A stretch of 64,000 nucleotides of DNA from an uncultured virus (IMG/VR IMGVR_UViG_3300042987_003191) (IMGVR_UViG_3300042987_003191); one strand, 5' to 3'; positions 7,466 through 17,492 are shown, counted from the first letter of the stretch. Numbers and translations: made by a program. The notes: generated by a model not told the origin, from the letters alone.

Positions 7466-9523
7466 TTAGAACCACTCGTCATCATCTTCCCCTTCGGGAA
7501 GATTTTCATTGGCAGCAGCAGAAATAGGCTCATTCTGAGGAGTCTCTTCCTGCTCGGGAATATTTTCATTTGCCTGATTTTCAACTTCCGTGAAAGTTGG
7601 CGCTGCCTGAAAATCAATGTCAGGGGCTTCATAGGCCCAGCTTTGATACATCCTAGTGCGCTCGCCATTGGGGCCAACAATGAAGCTGGTATCAATCAAG
7701 CCTTGACGACGTGCCACTTCCAGCAAACGCCCGATGCTTACGTCGTCCCATGCTCCAGCAGCATGAGCAGCGCTCTTCCTGTCAAAACGCTCGTGCTTGC
7801 GAGAATTGAGCATGTTGACAAGATTGTCCATGCTCTCATTGCCACCCACTGCAGGCCCTTTGTAATACCAGCCATAAGTGGCGGGATCACGCTGCATGAA
7901 ATGCTTACCAGCCAAACCGCTCCTGCTCTTGGTCCATTCAAACATGAACTGCGTTGAATCAGGATTATTGTCAGTGCGATAAAGCTTCACCACTTCGCTA
8001 ACGTTAGCTTCAAAGCTGGAGCTATCACGAATGCCACCATTTTTGTTCAAGTGATGAAGGATGACAATGGAGCAACCATATTGATTGGCGATATCCCGCA
8101 GTTCGTAGATGCAATTACCAGCATCAGAGCGGATGAGATCTACGTCCATGCCGGCTAGGCATGAAGTGAGACTGTCGATCATGATGAGCTGAGGCTGATG
8201 GCGCTGTACGTAAGAAAGGAGCTGTGGGATGTTACTAAAGCGCCAGCGATCAATGAAATCAATCTGACCATTGCCTAGAGCATCATCGTCATAACCAATG
8301 ATTTGCAGCTTTTCTGCGGCATCAACAACGGGCTCGTCGCATTGAATGATGAGCACTTTTCCTTTCTTGCAACGGCGATTGCTCCAGTCTTTGCCGGTGG
8401 CAACGTGCAGAGCCCAGTTGTAGACGATTGTGCTCTTGCCACTGCCAGGGGCTGCAGCAAGCAGCATTACGCTGCTTTCAGGAAGAATGCCGGCAATGGT
8501 CCACTTCCTGGAATCTTCAGACTGTGCAATGGCTTTTGCGTCGAGGATTTCCATTTCCTCTTTGCCATGCACGCGACCGCGTGCTTCAGAAAGCAACTTG
8601 TCAATCTCTTGTGAATTCAGCTTGACGCCATGAGCGTCCATCCATTGGCGGGCTTCATAGGCAATGCGAGCATCGTTGTTGTAGAGACCAACCATGCGCT
8701 CGAATGTGCCTATGATCTCCTCGTAAGAAGGAAGCCCATCTTTGCCTTCATGGCGATCTTTAGAAACAATGGAGGAAAGAATGGCATCTTGATCGGCACC
8801 ATCGTCCAGCCAGTCGGCTAAGTCATAGCCGCCTTTCTGAGGCAGATTGTCCCATTCAAAACTGCTTGGATCTGCGTAGCACCATTGCGCATTGGGATTG
8901 TCTGCAGCCACTTCCTTCATGAGAGCCACTCCAGGCTCATCACGATCAGGGCAGAGGACTACTTTCTGCCCACGAAACAGTTGCGAATAATCGCCATTGG
9001 CGCGATACTGTCCGCTGCCACCAAGAAACGTGCTAGAGGGCAAACCGATTTCCCAGAGCCTATCGGCGGTGAGTTCACCTTCAACAATAAAGATGGGGAG
9101 GCCTGAAGCTGCTGATGCTTCAATGGCATCGTAATAGCGATAGGGAAGAATGTTCTTCCGTAACTGCTTGACAACTTCAGAACGCTTCCCATTAGCATTA
9201 TTGGCAGTGGGATAGTCCTGAGAAATGCTTTTCTTTCCAGAACTATCATCTCGCGTGACGATAATCACGTCTTCGCGATTGCGGTTTTGATAGGGAAACG
9301 AATAGCGCCTCGCTTCACGCATGGGGCGCTCCCAGCGTTCTAGCGGCGCAAGAATGTTACGAATTTCTGCGCGATGCTTCGGGCTGTCGTCATTGAAGCA
9401 GTTATATGCTCCGTTCCCTTCGTTCACGGACAGATCATTGCCACCGCATGCAGGGCAGATGTATTTGCCTGCATGGTCGCTCGGCTCCAGCTTGGCGAGG
9501 TGTTCGAGGATGGAAAAAGCCAT
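7466..9523 (-). CDS. DNA primase-helicase (Zn finger + TOPRIM + RepA/AAA_25-type helicase)
   Basis: CPAC...C zinc finger; IVEGE...DRDEPG...DLADW TOPRIM; Walker A AAPGSGKS, Walker B IMIDS, ILHHLNK. Confidence 0.9.
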   Translation of the reverse strand: MAFSILEHLAKLEPSDHAGKYICPACGGNDLSVNEGNGAYNCFNDDSPKHRAEIRNILAPLERWERPMREARRYSFPYQNRNREDVIIVTRDDSSGKKSISQDYPTANNANGKRSEVVKQLRKNILPYRYYDAIEASAASGLPIFIVEGELTADRLWEIGLPSSTFLGGSGQYRANGDYSQLFRGQKVVLCPDRDEPGVALMKEVAADNPNAQWCYADPSSFEWDNLPQKGGYDLADWLDDGADQDAILSSIVSKDRHEGKDGLPSYEEIIGTFERMVGLYNNDARIAYEARQWMDAHGVKLNSQEIDKLLSEARGRVHGKEEMEILDAKAIAQSEDSRKWTIAGILPESSVMLLAAAPGSGKSTIVYNWALHVATGKDWSNRRCKKGKVLIIQCDEPVVDAAEKLQIIGYDDDALGNGQIDFIDRWRFSNIPQLLSYVQRHQPQLIMIDSLTSCLAGMDVDLIRSDAGNCIYELRDIANQYGCSIVILHHLNKNGGIRDSSSFEANVSEVVKLYRTDNNPDSTQFMFEWTKSRSGLAGKHFMQRDPATYGWYYKGPAVGGNESMDNLVNMLNSRKHERFDRKSAAHAAGAWDDVSIGRLLEVARRQGLIDTSFIVGPNGERTRMYQSWAYEAPDIDFQAAPTFTEVENQANENIPEQEETPQNEPISAAANENLPEGEDDDEWF

Positions 9524-9612
9524 GGGCGATGGTGAGACGGGGGTGTTCTAGCATCAGAATCCTGTTCTTGCAGCGCATTTACAATTCTTCATACAAACCT
9601 TGCTTTCAAGCC

Positions 9613-9640
9613 TTGACGGGCTGGCCATACCGGCTATATT
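9613..9640 (+). promoter_or_regulatory. sigma70-like promoter
   Basis: TTGACG-16 nt-TATATT upstream of the rightward replication genes. Confidence 0.5.
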
Positions 9641-9730
9641 GGCCATGTCCCTCGCAAGGCAAAACCATGGAGCTATTGCTGGCCGCCATCATCGGCTTCA
9701 GCATCGGCTACCTTCTCGGCCCTCTATTCT

Positions 9731-9976
9731 ATGACCATTGATCACGGCGAGCCGAAGAAAAGCCGCCATTTCACCATCACTGACACTGCCTACGACCACC
9801 TCAAGAACATTGCCCATGAAGCACGGCTAAGCCTCAGCGAGACTGTTGAACGCCTCATCCGCGTTACTCCCGTATGGGAAGGCAATGCAGTTCTTTCTGA
9901 TGGCGCATTCTCCTTGGTAGAAGACCAAGCTGTTCCCTCTGCCCCTATTGAAGACTATGAAGGTTTCTCAGCTTAA
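9731..9976 (+). CDS. ribbon-helix-helix (CopG-like) DNA-binding protein
   Basis: KSRHFTITDTAYDHLKNIA....LSLSETVERLIR. Confidence 0.6.
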   Translation: MTIDHGEPKKSRHFTITDTAYDHLKNIAHEARLSLSETVERLIRVTPVWEGNAVLSDGAFSLVEDQAVPSAPIEDYEGFSA

Positions 9977-10229
9977 ATTTGCTTGTGAAGAGTTTCTTCT
10001 GGAGCATCCCGATACTGAAGTGAAGCTGCTTTGGGAAGAAGGCGTGCTCACAGACAATTACAGCGCTGACCTCTTGGAAGAGCCCACTGACGTGAGGGCA
10101 ATCAACGACTGGCCACTTCCTGGTGACAGCTTGATTGTCAAAACCGAAATGCCTTCCAAGATGTTTGTCATCATGTATGGCGAATATCAACCAGCTTTCG
10201 GTTACAAAGCCGTGGCTTCCTTGGAATGA
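9948..10229 (+). CDS. hypothetical protein
   Basis: 93-aa ORF coupled to its neighbours. Confidence 0.6.
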   Translation: MKTMKVSQLKFACEEFLLEHPDTEVKLLWEEGVLTDNYSADLLEEPTDVRAINDWPLPGDSLIVKTEMPSKMFVIMYGEYQPAFGYKAVASLE

Positions 10230-11179
10230 ACCACACCATCTTTTCTTATTCCCCGTCCGACTTTTCCAGCATGGAAGATCCCGCAAAACAAGCAATGATT
10301 GAACGCTCTCTTGGCATGTTCACTCCGCTCGAAATCAGCGCTGAAGCATTTCGCGCTGCTTACGATACGCCGGACATCGGACCTCACATTGAAAAGGACT
10401 ACAAAGGCCTTTCCTATCTGTCGTGGCCTTTTGCCTTCCGCTATCTGAAAGAGCATTTCCCAACACTCTTCGTGGCCTTTGAAGAGAAGACTATTGGCTG
10501 GCCTGTATTTGGCGAGCCTGGTGCTTTCATCCTTCGTCCCTACCTCACGGACGGCGTGCGTCGCACGCCTGCTCTTGTGTTCCCTGTGATGGATAGGAAG
10601 CACAATTCCATTCAACAGCTTGATGGTCGTGCCATTAGCGACAACATCCAACGTGCGAGCGTCAAGGCCATCGCTACGTTCACGGGCCTTGGTCTTCGGC
10701 TCTATGCCGGAGAGGACATCCCTAAAGAAGAAGCGCCGAAACCGGCACTGCAGCAAGATGTCCCAAAGCCTGCTCGTGCGGCCAAGAAGGATGCGACGGC
10801 AACTACTGGTGGCACTTCTGATGCTGGAGCGGAAGGGGCTACTGCCGCCGCCGATACAGGGTCCGCTGAGCCCTTCGACGCAAAAGCAGCTCTCACAGCA
10901 GTTTGCAAAGCCAATCCGTTGAACTATGCCGACGAGAAAGCTTCTATGGCTGCAGGCAAAGCTGCTCTTGAAAGCATTGGACTTGCTCGCGCCACGGAAG
11001 TCAAAAGCTGGCAAGCCTTCGGAAACGTCGTCGCAGCAATGATGACGCTATGGGCCAAGCAGGAGCAGATTGTCATCAGCAAAGCTGAAATGACTGAAGA
11101 AATCAATGTCGTGCGCGGCCTTGAAGACACTGCTGCCATCATTGATGGTATGAAAGCTTTTGTAGCAAAAAAGCAATAG
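10226..11179 (+). CDS. Sak3/DUF1071-like single-strand annealing protein
   Basis: KGLSYLSWPFA...PVMDRKHNSI....ISDNIQRASVKAIA..GLGLRLYAGEDIP motif; Ala-rich linker. Confidence 0.8.
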   Translation: MNHTIFSYSPSDFSSMEDPAKQAMIERSLGMFTPLEISAEAFRAAYDTPDIGPHIEKDYKGLSYLSWPFAFRYLKEHFPTLFVAFEEKTIGWPVFGEPGAFILRPYLTDGVRRTPALVFPVMDRKHNSIQQLDGRAISDNIQRASVKAIATFTGLGLRLYAGEDIPKEEAPKPALQQDVPKPARAAKKDATATTGGTSDAGAEGATAAADTGSAEPFDAKAALTAVCKANPLNYADEKASMAAGKAALESIGLARATEVKSWQAFGNVVAAMMTLWAKQEQIVISKAEMTEEINVVRGLEDTAAIIDGMKAFVAKKQ

Positions 11180-11216
11180 ACCTGGCAGCGGCCCGCTTAG
11201 CGCGGGCCTTTGCTGG
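11167..11216 (+). promoter_or_regulatory. candidate -1 ribosomal frameshift signal
   Basis: In-frame A_AAA_AAG at 11167-11173 with a downstream stem-loop (GGCCCGC/GCGGGCC core); -1 frame open to 11283. Confidence 0.5.
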
Positions 11217-11367
11217 AGCAGTTTGCATTGATGATGATGCCATTCCCATTACTGAGCTTCCTGCCAAGCTATTTGGCGAATGACCCTCTCGGTTTGCTCC
11301 TTCTCGTTACCTTCACATGCCTAATCCTTGCTCTGTCAATTCTGGCCATTCTTTCCTTGATAGTCCC

Positions 11368-11580
11368 ATGAGCCGTTTCACTTTCATTTACGAAGAAGGA
11401 GAAACCAAGGTCTCCTATTCGTTCCACAACATCTACTGTCCTGAAATTACCGAACATTTTAAGCAGTTTGTTTTGGCCTGTGGCTTCTTTGAGACTTCGA
11501 TAATGTCTTCAATGGCGACCATGGTTGAAGAATACGAAACAATGGAAGATAAGCGTGCGCAATCATCGCTCTCTGATTGA
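11368..11580 (+). CDS. hypothetical phage protein
   Basis: MSRFTFIYEE...EITEHFKQFVLACGF pattern. Confidence 0.6.
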   Translation: MSRFTFIYEEGETKVSYSFHNIYCPEITEHFKQFVLACGFFETSIMSSMATMVEEYETMEDKRAQSSLSD

Positions 11581-11875
11581 TGCTTGTCATGAAGCGTTCT
11601 GGAGCTTTCCTGACCATTCGCTTAGCAGTAATCGTCGCATTGCTGCTGTTCTTGAGACCATTGCTAATCATCCTTTGGCTGACAAGCAATTTCTTCGCCA
11701 AACTGCTCGAACTATTCTCATGCCTGACATTGCAATGTGCTCGGGGGACGAATGCCCTGTCAAAGAAAACTGCTGGCGTTACATGGCGCCCGCTAATCGC
11801 TGGCAGAGCTATTTCGCTGCGCCTCCATACGATGAAGAAGGCTGCGACTATTTCTGGGACATGAATGAAAAATGA
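11525..11875 (+). CDS. hypothetical protein with Cys-rich C-terminal domain
   Basis: PDIAMCSGDECPVKENCWRY...QSYF...CDYFW small phage domain; start uncertain. Confidence 0.55.
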   Translation: MKNTKQWKISVRNHRSLIDACHEAFWSFPDHSLSSNRRIAAVLETIANHPLADKQFLRQTARTILMPDIAMCSGDECPVKENCWRYMAPANRWQSYFAAPPYDEEGCDYFWDMNEK

Positions 11876-12081
11876 AAACCAACAAAGAAACAGTTCTTGC
11901 ATCTGATGAACTCTCCCCTGAGGGGAGAATGATGGCCAAATGTTTAATGAAACAGAACGGCTTGAGTATTGAGCGACTGTTTAACCTTCTGGGAGACTTT
12001 CAGAGCGACATTATTAAACTTCAACGCCAACTAGATGATGAGCAATATGACATTAAGCCTGACATCGTGAACTATGACTGA
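11872..12081 (+). CDS. hypothetical protein
   Basis: 69-aa ORF, ATGA-coupled. Confidence 0.55.
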   Translation: MKTNKETVLASDELSPEGRMMAKCLMKQNGLSIERLFNLLGDFQSDIIKLQRQLDDEQYDIKPDIVNYD

Positions 12082-12119
12082 AAGTGGCTTGTTACGATCT
12101 ATGCCTTGCCTCCCTTCAA

Positions 12120-12884
12120 ATGCCAGCATTTCCCCGCTACGAACCCAACCGTCTACAGTTGAATCGCCGTCGTTATTACGTTTGCGACGATTTTCCCAAT
12201 GTTCCCGCAGGGTGTGTTTTGCCCTCTGTGACAACTATTGCGAGCGCGTGTTCATCGCCTGGCAAGATTGCGGCTCTCATGAACTGGCGCAGGAAAGTCG
12301 GGGATGAAGAGGCTAATCGTCGCACTCGTAATGCTGTGGATCGAGGCAATTGGCTTCACGGTGTTCTGGAAGATTTCTGGAATGGTGAAGACATTCAAGA
12401 GCATCTTGATTCTCACGAAAACTACGTGCCTTATTTTGAAAGCATTGTTGGTTTCCTTGAGCGCGTTGATAGTCCATTGCTCGTTGAAAGTGCCATTGCC
12501 TGGTACGATCCTGCGCAAGAAATTGGCTATTCAGGCACCTTTGATATGCTCGCCAAAATGAACAGCGGGCAATATGCTTTGCTGGATTGGAAGACGAGCT
12601 ATAAGGAAAAGCCTGATACACAGCTAGCCGATTATCGAATGCAACTTGGCGCTTATGTGCAAGCCATTGAACAGATGTATGACATCGAAGTGAATGAAGC
12701 ACATTGCGCCATTGCCATTCATGATCCTGATACTGGCCATTCCCAAGAAGCACAAATCGTGAGCCTTTCAGCAGGAGAGCTTGCGATGCAGGCAGGCATC
12801 ATGGTGCAAAAGGTGCAGCAGTTCTTCTTTGAACACTACCCCGGCGGACGCCCCTTAATGATTTCTATGGACCGTGGAGCTTGA
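12120..12884 (+). CDS. PD-(D/E)XK exonuclease
   Basis: LPSVTTI...LMNWR...RGNWLH...YSGTFDML...LLDWKTS...QLGAY. Confidence 0.85.
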   Translation: MPAFPRYEPNRLQLNRRRYYVCDDFPNVPAGCVLPSVTTIASACSSPGKIAALMNWRRKVGDEEANRRTRNAVDRGNWLHGVLEDFWNGEDIQEHLDSHENYVPYFESIVGFLERVDSPLLVESAIAWYDPAQEIGYSGTFDMLAKMNSGQYALLDWKTSYKEKPDTQLADYRMQLGAYVQAIEQMYDIEVNEAHCAIAIHDPDTGHSQEAQIVSLSAGELAMQAGIMVQKVQQFFFEHYPGGRPLMISMDRGA

Positions 12885-12909
12885 CCTCCTCTGTCCATAG
12901 CGCTATGCT
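12881..12909 (+). promoter_or_regulatory. sigma70-like promoter
   Basis: TTGACC-17 nt-TATGCT. Confidence 0.6.
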
Positions 12910-12956
12910 TCTGATGCCCCTTCCAGGGCTTACTACACTCCTCTGAGGACCACTCA

Positions 12957-13226
12957 ATGCCCGCTGGCAACTCTCCCGCTTTCTCTGGCACTGTCGATCT
13001 CACCCCCGACATCCTTAATGCCATGAAGAAGGCCGGTACCAACCCCCAAGGAAACTACTCCCTGCGTTTCGCTCTTTGGGACAATGACAAGCGTGATAAG
13101 GACACTGCTCCTCATTTCAAAGGGCAAGTGACTGTCAACAAGCTTGATAATTCTCCCAAGGCTTACGCTTCGATGTGGGACAATGGCAATAAGGCCAAGC
13201 AAAGCTTCTCTGATGATCCCTTCTGA
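12957..13226 (+). CDS. probable single-stranded DNA-binding protein
   Basis: Small beta-rich protein (K.KDTAPHFKGQV) with an acidic/aromatic tail DDPF, next to the annealase and exonuclease. Confidence 0.55.
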   Translation: MPAGNSPAFSGTVDLTPDILNAMKKAGTNPQGNYSLRFALWDNDKRDKDTAPHFKGQVTVNKLDNSPKAYASMWDNGNKAKQSFSDDPF

Positions 13227-13627
13227 TGATGCGTGATCGCGAGTTTCCACTCACTGCTGTAATCACAATTTCAGTGATTGGACTGGTTGCTTTCTATTTG
13301 ATTGGCGGCCCTCAATACAACGTGTGGCAGCAAAGTCTTAATGGCAAAGCAGAACTGCAAAAAGCTGAATACACCCGGCAAGTGGCAGTTCTAGAAGCTC
13401 AAGCAAAAATGGATTCCGCATCCAAGCTTGCTGATGCTGAAGTGGAACGGGCAAAGGGAGTTGCAGAGGCAAATCGCATTATTGGCGATAGCCTCAAAGA
13501 CAACCCCCGCTACCTTCAATACCTCTATATCACTGGTCTCCAAGAGGGCAGCGAAAAAGGGAATCGCACTATTTACGTGCCCACTGAAGGCGGCTTGCCA
13601 GTCCCAACTCTAGATGTAAGCAAATAG
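13226..13627 (+). CDS. membrane protein, SPFH/band-7-related
   Basis: TM helix, GPQYNVWQQ, AEVERAKGVAEANRIIGDSL..YLQYL, IYVPTEGGLP. Confidence 0.7.
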   Translation: MMRDREFPLTAVITISVIGLVAFYLIGGPQYNVWQQSLNGKAELQKAEYTRQVAVLEAQAKMDSASKLADAEVERAKGVAEANRIIGDSLKDNPRYLQYLYITGLQEGSEKGNRTIYVPTEGGLPVPTLDVSK

Positions 13628-13684
13628 CTTTCGTCTTTATTGTTCGCTAGGGCGCTAATGCGCCCTTTTCTTTTCTTCAAAACC

Positions 13685-14269
13685 ATGCTTCTTAATGACA
13701 AGGAAATCAGCATTCTTGCTGAAAATGATATTATTTTTCCTTTCGTCGGGGAGAAAACCAGAGAGCTTGACAATGGCACGAAAGCCCTCTCATACGGACT
13801 GAGCCATGCCGGATATGACCTTCGCCTTTCCCCGAAGGGCTTTATGGTCATTAACAACAACAAGCCTGTGGAAGCGCTTGATGTTAAAAGCTTCAACAAG
13901 GAGCTGATGTACGAGGCTTCTCCCATCGAAGAGAATGGTTCTACGTTCTTCGTGCTGCCTCCGTTCTCTTACGCTCTTGGCGTGAGTGTGGAGCTGCTGA
14001 CAATGCCGTCTAACATCATGGGGATCACAGACGGCAAAAGCACGTATGCCCGGCAAGGCACCATCATTAACGTTACGCCAATTGAGCCTGGCTGGAGTGG
14101 TCACCTTACTATCTCTATTGTCAATCCTTTGGCTTTCCCCGTGCGGGTGTACGCAAACGAAGGCATCGTTCAGGTCATGTTCCTGCGTCTCAATTCAGAC
14201 TCAGCTCAAGACTATGGAAACGGCAAGTATCAAAACCAAGGCGCTAACGTAGCGTTTGCTGCCGTCTGA
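13685..14269 (+). CDS. dcd: dCTP deaminase
   Basis: SYGLSHAGYDLRL, GKSTYARQG, TPIEPGWSGHLT, YANEGIVQ, GKYQNQ. Confidence 0.92.
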   Translation: MLLNDKEISILAENDIIFPFVGEKTRELDNGTKALSYGLSHAGYDLRLSPKGFMVINNNKPVEALDVKSFNKELMYEASPIEENGSTFFVLPPFSYALGVSVELLTMPSNIMGITDGKSTYARQGTIINVTPIEPGWSGHLTISIVNPLAFPVRVYANEGIVQVMFLRLNSDSAQDYGNGKYQNQGANVAFAAV

Positions 14270-14272
14270 TCA

Positions 14273-14635
14273 GTGAGCGCTCTTGAAGACCAGTTCCTCG
14301 GACTATGGCAGGCTCATTTTCCTGATCTCCCATTGATTAGAGAATTTAGTGACGTACCAACGTGGGAGGCTGATTTCCAAGAGCGCTACGCCAAGAGCAA
14401 GCGCTCCAAACGCTATAGAGCCGACTTTGCGCATCTCCCTTCTCGCTCTCTCATTGAAATTCAAGGAGGCACCTTCAGCAGGGGCCGTCACGTGACTGGC
14501 TCGGGCTATGAGCGTGATGCCCGCAAGTTCAATCTTGCCACCATTGGCGGTTGGAAAGTCTTTCTTCTTACCACCCAAACGGCCAAGGAAACTTTTTGGC
14601 TTGAGCAGATTGCTGCTTTTCTGCGAAGCGCGTAA
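14273..14635 (+). CDS. Vsr/DUF559-like endonuclease
   Basis: SALE..F, YRADFA, IEIQGG, GRH..G.GY.RD..K.NLA...GW. Confidence 0.75.
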   Translation: MSALEDQFLGLWQAHFPDLPLIREFSDVPTWEADFQERYAKSKRSKRYRADFAHLPSRSLIEIQGGTFSRGRHVTGSGYERDARKFNLATIGGWKVFLLTTQTAKETFWLEQIAAFLRSA

Positions 14636-14942
14636 CGGCTTCAGCCGCTTCACCCAGCAATTGATCGGCAGCTTCTAGATCACGCTCTTGAATGGTCATG
14701 GCTTGACGCAGCTCAAGATTCTCTCTGACTAGCGCAGTCACAGCTTCTTGCATATTGCTCCAGCCTTCCATCATCGTGCAAGCCACTTCTCGCAGCTTGT
14801 CAACGTCATTGCATTCGCTCAGTGCCTTTTTGTTGGCAACGAGAGCAAAGTCTCGTTCCATGCTCCGATCAAAAGGCCCCATAATGCCAATACAATCTTG
14901 ACCATTGTATTTTAGGCCTACTGGGATAGAGAAAGTGCTCAT
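14568..14942 (-). CDS. hypothetical coiled-coil protein
   Basis: 124-aa ORF with ATG start. Confidence 0.6.
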   Translation of the reverse strand: MSTFSIPVGLKYNGQDCIGIMGPFDRSMERDFALVANKKALSECNDVDKLREVACTMMEGWSNMQEAVTALVRENLELRQAMTIQERDLEAADQLLGEAAEAVTRFAEKQQSAQAKKFPWPFGW

Positions 14943-14972
14943 TGTCCTTGCATTGTTTCGTTTAGCCTAGCC

Positions 14973-15296
14973 ATGCAGCAGTTTGGCAAACGGTTTGTTT
15001 ATCGGGTGGACGATGGGAAGAATGCCGTAAGATGTGGAGCGGGCTACCGCCCCTACAAGCTCCCTCGCACGCCTCGTAACCATGAATGGCTTCCAGGACA
15101 GGATGTGGTGTACGTACAACGTACGTCCGCTGGGTGGATGCCCTCCTCCATTATTGGCACCATTGAAGGGTTTGATGCAAGCGCCAGAGCCAGAAAAGCA
15201 ATTGTACGCTGGCATTTGGCTACGGACATTGCTCCTACAATCAGTTTGCAACGACTTCGGCCCCTCTCGCTGATCAACAATGTCTACCCCCACTGA
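14973..15296 (+). CDS. hypothetical protein
   Basis: 107-aa ORF. Confidence 0.55.
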   Translation: MQQFGKRFVYRVDDGKNAVRCGAGYRPYKLPRTPRNHEWLPGQDVVYVQRTSAGWMPSSIIGTIEGFDASARARKAIVRWHLATDIAPTISLQRLRPLSLINNVYPH

Positions 15297-15489
15297 TGAT
15301 TCCATCAGAAAGATTTCAGAATTTCTTGGCAAGCTTCTCGGTTGGTTCGCCGCGCAGTGTCTTCGTGCTTGGCTCGTGAGCCTTTGTGTGCCACTTTTCT
15401 TTCCCAGTGTTGCGTTGGGATTTTGGGAGTGGGTGTTGGTGGTTTTGACCGTGCGCTTCCTTTTCGCTGAGCCCACTTCTGAATCATGA
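15280..15489 (+). CDS. small membrane protein
   Basis: Two hydrophobic segments; coupled to thyX. Confidence 0.55.
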   Translation: MSTPTDDSIRKISEFLGKLLGWFAAQCLRAWLVSLCVPLFFPSVALGFWEWVLVVLTVRFLFAEPTSES

Positions 15490-16193
15490 TGAGCAAAATT
15501 GATCCGCTGATGGATGGCATCAGCTTCGTGCGTCTCATTGATTGGATGGGCAGCTCGCTTGATATTGTTTGCGACGCCCGCCAAAGCTTTGACCAAACGA
15601 GCAGCGAATGGTCCGAAAAGGACCAGAAGCTTCTTAATTATCTTGTCAAGCATCAGCACACCAGTCCATTTCGTGGCGTGGTCACAAAATGGCAAGTGAA
15701 AGCTCCGCTGTATGTTTGTCGGCAATGGTGGAAGCATGTGATTGGTGGCACGTTCGCCAATGACACGCTTGGTTGGAACGAGAAAAGCTTTCGCTACTGC
15801 GAAGCTGACGATGACACGTACTACATGCCGCGTGAATTCCGTCAGCAAAGCGCCAGCAACAAGCAAGCTTCCAGCGGCGCCTTGGAGCCCAGCATGAACC
15901 AAGTGGCAATGATTGAATATGCCAAGGCTCTTGAGCAGGCAAAGCAGGCTTACAGGGCGCTGCTGACGCTAGGAGTGGCGAAGGAGCAGGCCAGGGGAAT
16001 CATGCCCATGGCGACCTTTTCCACTTTTACATGGACCTGTAGCTTGCAAGCTTTGCTACATTTCATTTCATTGCGAGACGAAGCTGGCAGTCAGTGGGAA
16101 ATCCAAGCCTACGCTCAAGCTTTGTCCTCTCTTGCCCGTCCATTGTTCAAGGAAGCTTTTGAAGCTTTCGACCTTCACCAATCTTCTTTCTAA
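15486..16193 (+). CDS. thyX: FAD-dependent thymidylate synthase
   Basis: HTSPF, APLYVCRQWWKH, WNEKSFRY, EQARGIMP, LR....QWEI. Confidence 0.93.
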   Translation: MMSKIDPLMDGISFVRLIDWMGSSLDIVCDARQSFDQTSSEWSEKDQKLLNYLVKHQHTSPFRGVVTKWQVKAPLYVCRQWWKHVIGGTFANDTLGWNEKSFRYCEADDDTYYMPREFRQQSASNKQASSGALEPSMNQVAMIEYAKALEQAKQAYRALLTLGVAKEQARGIMPMATFSTFTWTCSLQALLHFISLRDEAGSQWEIQAYAQALSSLARPLFKEAFEAFDLHQSSF

Positions 16194-16540
16194 TGACTGA
16201 CGCTGTGAATCATCCCCGTCATTATGCCAAGAATGGCGGCATTGAATGCATTGAAGCCATTGAAGCTTCAATGGACGCAGATGACTTTAGGGGCTTCCTG
16301 AAAGGGAACATTCTGAAATATGTTTGGCGCTATGAAGAAAAAAATGGCCTAGAAGATTTGAAGAAAGCCAGTTGGTATCTTGATCTTCTCATTTTTAATA
16401 TGGAAAACGAGCCACAACAAGAAGCAGTTGAGGCTATTGAAAATGCTTCTCAACAATGCGAAGGAGGATTCTGTCCGATGCCCGGCATTCGCTATGACCT
16501 CCCAGGAAAACAGGTGATGTTTGCTCCCGTCGAAAGCTAA
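16193..16540 (+). CDS. DUF3310 family protein
   Basis: [18 protein letters not shown]...[27 protein letters not shown]. Confidence 0.85.
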   Translation: MTDAVNHPRHYAKNGGIECIEAIEASMDADDFRGFLKGNILKYVWRYEEKNGLEDLKKASWYLDLLIFNMENEPQQEAVEAIENASQQCEGGFCPMPGIRYDLPGKQVMFAPVES

Positions 16541-17019
16541 GCAGCACTACAACAAAGCCCCCATAAGGGGGCTTTTTCATGCTCAATTGATTGATGCAGC
16601 GGCAGAACAAGCCCTTTCTTCTCACACCATGCCTCAAGATCCTTCTGATCAGTATGGGCGCTGATAAAGCTATTGCAATACACCCATGCCATCAGAATCT
16701 CTTCGCGCTTTTCGGTCCAGAAAGGCTGCACTCGCCACCATTCCAGCATTGGCAGATCCCCTTTCCGCAAATTACAGCTCTTACATGCTGGAATCATGTT
16801 CCAACGCGAGAAATGCGGGCCGCCTTTACTCTTCGGGACAATGTGATCAATCGTAAGCTTTTCTTTCCATTCTCCGCAATATGCGCAGGCGCATTGCCCA
16901 AACGGTCCTCTCAAGAAATAGTCTTCAAAAATGCTCTTACGAAACTTACGTTTTGCGTCACCAGGGCGAAGTTCAATGAGAGAATAAAGCAGCTCATCAG
17001 GACCATTCGCTCTTGGCAT
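16537..17019 (-). CDS. HNH endonuclease (McrA-like)
   Basis: CAYCG...[13 protein letters not shown]....[14 protein letters not shown]. Confidence 0.88.
   Translation of the reverse strand: MPRANGPDELLYSLIELRPGDAKRKFRKSIFEDYFLRGPFGQCACAYCGEWKEKLTIDHIVPKSKGGPHFSRWNMIPACKSCNLRKGDLPMLEWWRVQPFWTEKREEILMAWVYCNSFISAHTDQKDLEAWCEKKGLVLPLHQSIEHEKAPLWGLCCSAA
16554..16577 (+). terminator. intrinsic terminator
   Basis: AAAGCCCCC-ataa-GGGGGCTTT-TT. Confidence 0.65.
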
Positions 17020-17104
17020 GGCACTATTTAGTTGTCTTGTCCATAGTTTAACGCTAAATAATAGCTCGCGTTCTTCTATAGAATGAAGGTATTGATTGTT
17101 GGCT

Positions 17105-17314
17105 ATGGACAGTTTCAAGGACGGCCTTGCAAATTTCGTAGCCACCATTACGGCTGGCATGCTTCTATCAACTGGAGCTATGCTCATTGCAGTGGGCACT
17201 CAGCAAGCAAGAGTGGCAGTACAAATTGAAACCGTCACAGAAAAGCTTTCCACTCTCACAGATAAGATGAGCGAGATGGAAAGCAGAGTCCGTAATCTAG
17301 AGATTGAACGCTAG
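17105..17314 (+). CDS. membrane/coiled-coil protein (holin-like)
   Basis: TM helix followed by a coiled coil, upstream of the endolysin. Confidence 0.55.
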   Translation: MDSFKDGLANFVATITAGMLLSTGAMLIAVGTQQARVAVQIETVTEKLSTLTDKMSEMESRVRNLEIER

Positions 17315-17344
17315 GCTATTTATATCTCCATTGCATCTCTCGTC

Positions 17345-17488
17345 ATGAGCGGCATTGAATGGTTCGTTATTGGTGGCATCATTGTTGCTGCTGCTGACCA
17401 AATTATCGAACGTACTCCCTACAAGGAAAACAACGTTATCCAGCTTTTGCTGACTGGTCTTAAGGCAATTTTTCGCGTGAAGGACTGA
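17345..17488 (+). CDS. small putative holin (47 aa)
   Basis: MSGIEWFVIGGIIVAAADQII..TPYKENNVIQLL; directly upstream of the endolysin. Confidence 0.55.
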   Translation: MSGIEWFVIGGIIVAAADQIIERTPYKENNVIQLLLTGLKAIFRVKD

Positions 17489-17492
17489 AGCC

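Noticed and set aside
10202..11014. 270-aa minus-strand ORF
   Set aside because: Antisense to the Sak3-like gene.
14967..15902. 311-aa minus-strand ORF
   Set aside because: Antisense shadow of thyX and its upstream genes; no recognisable motifs.
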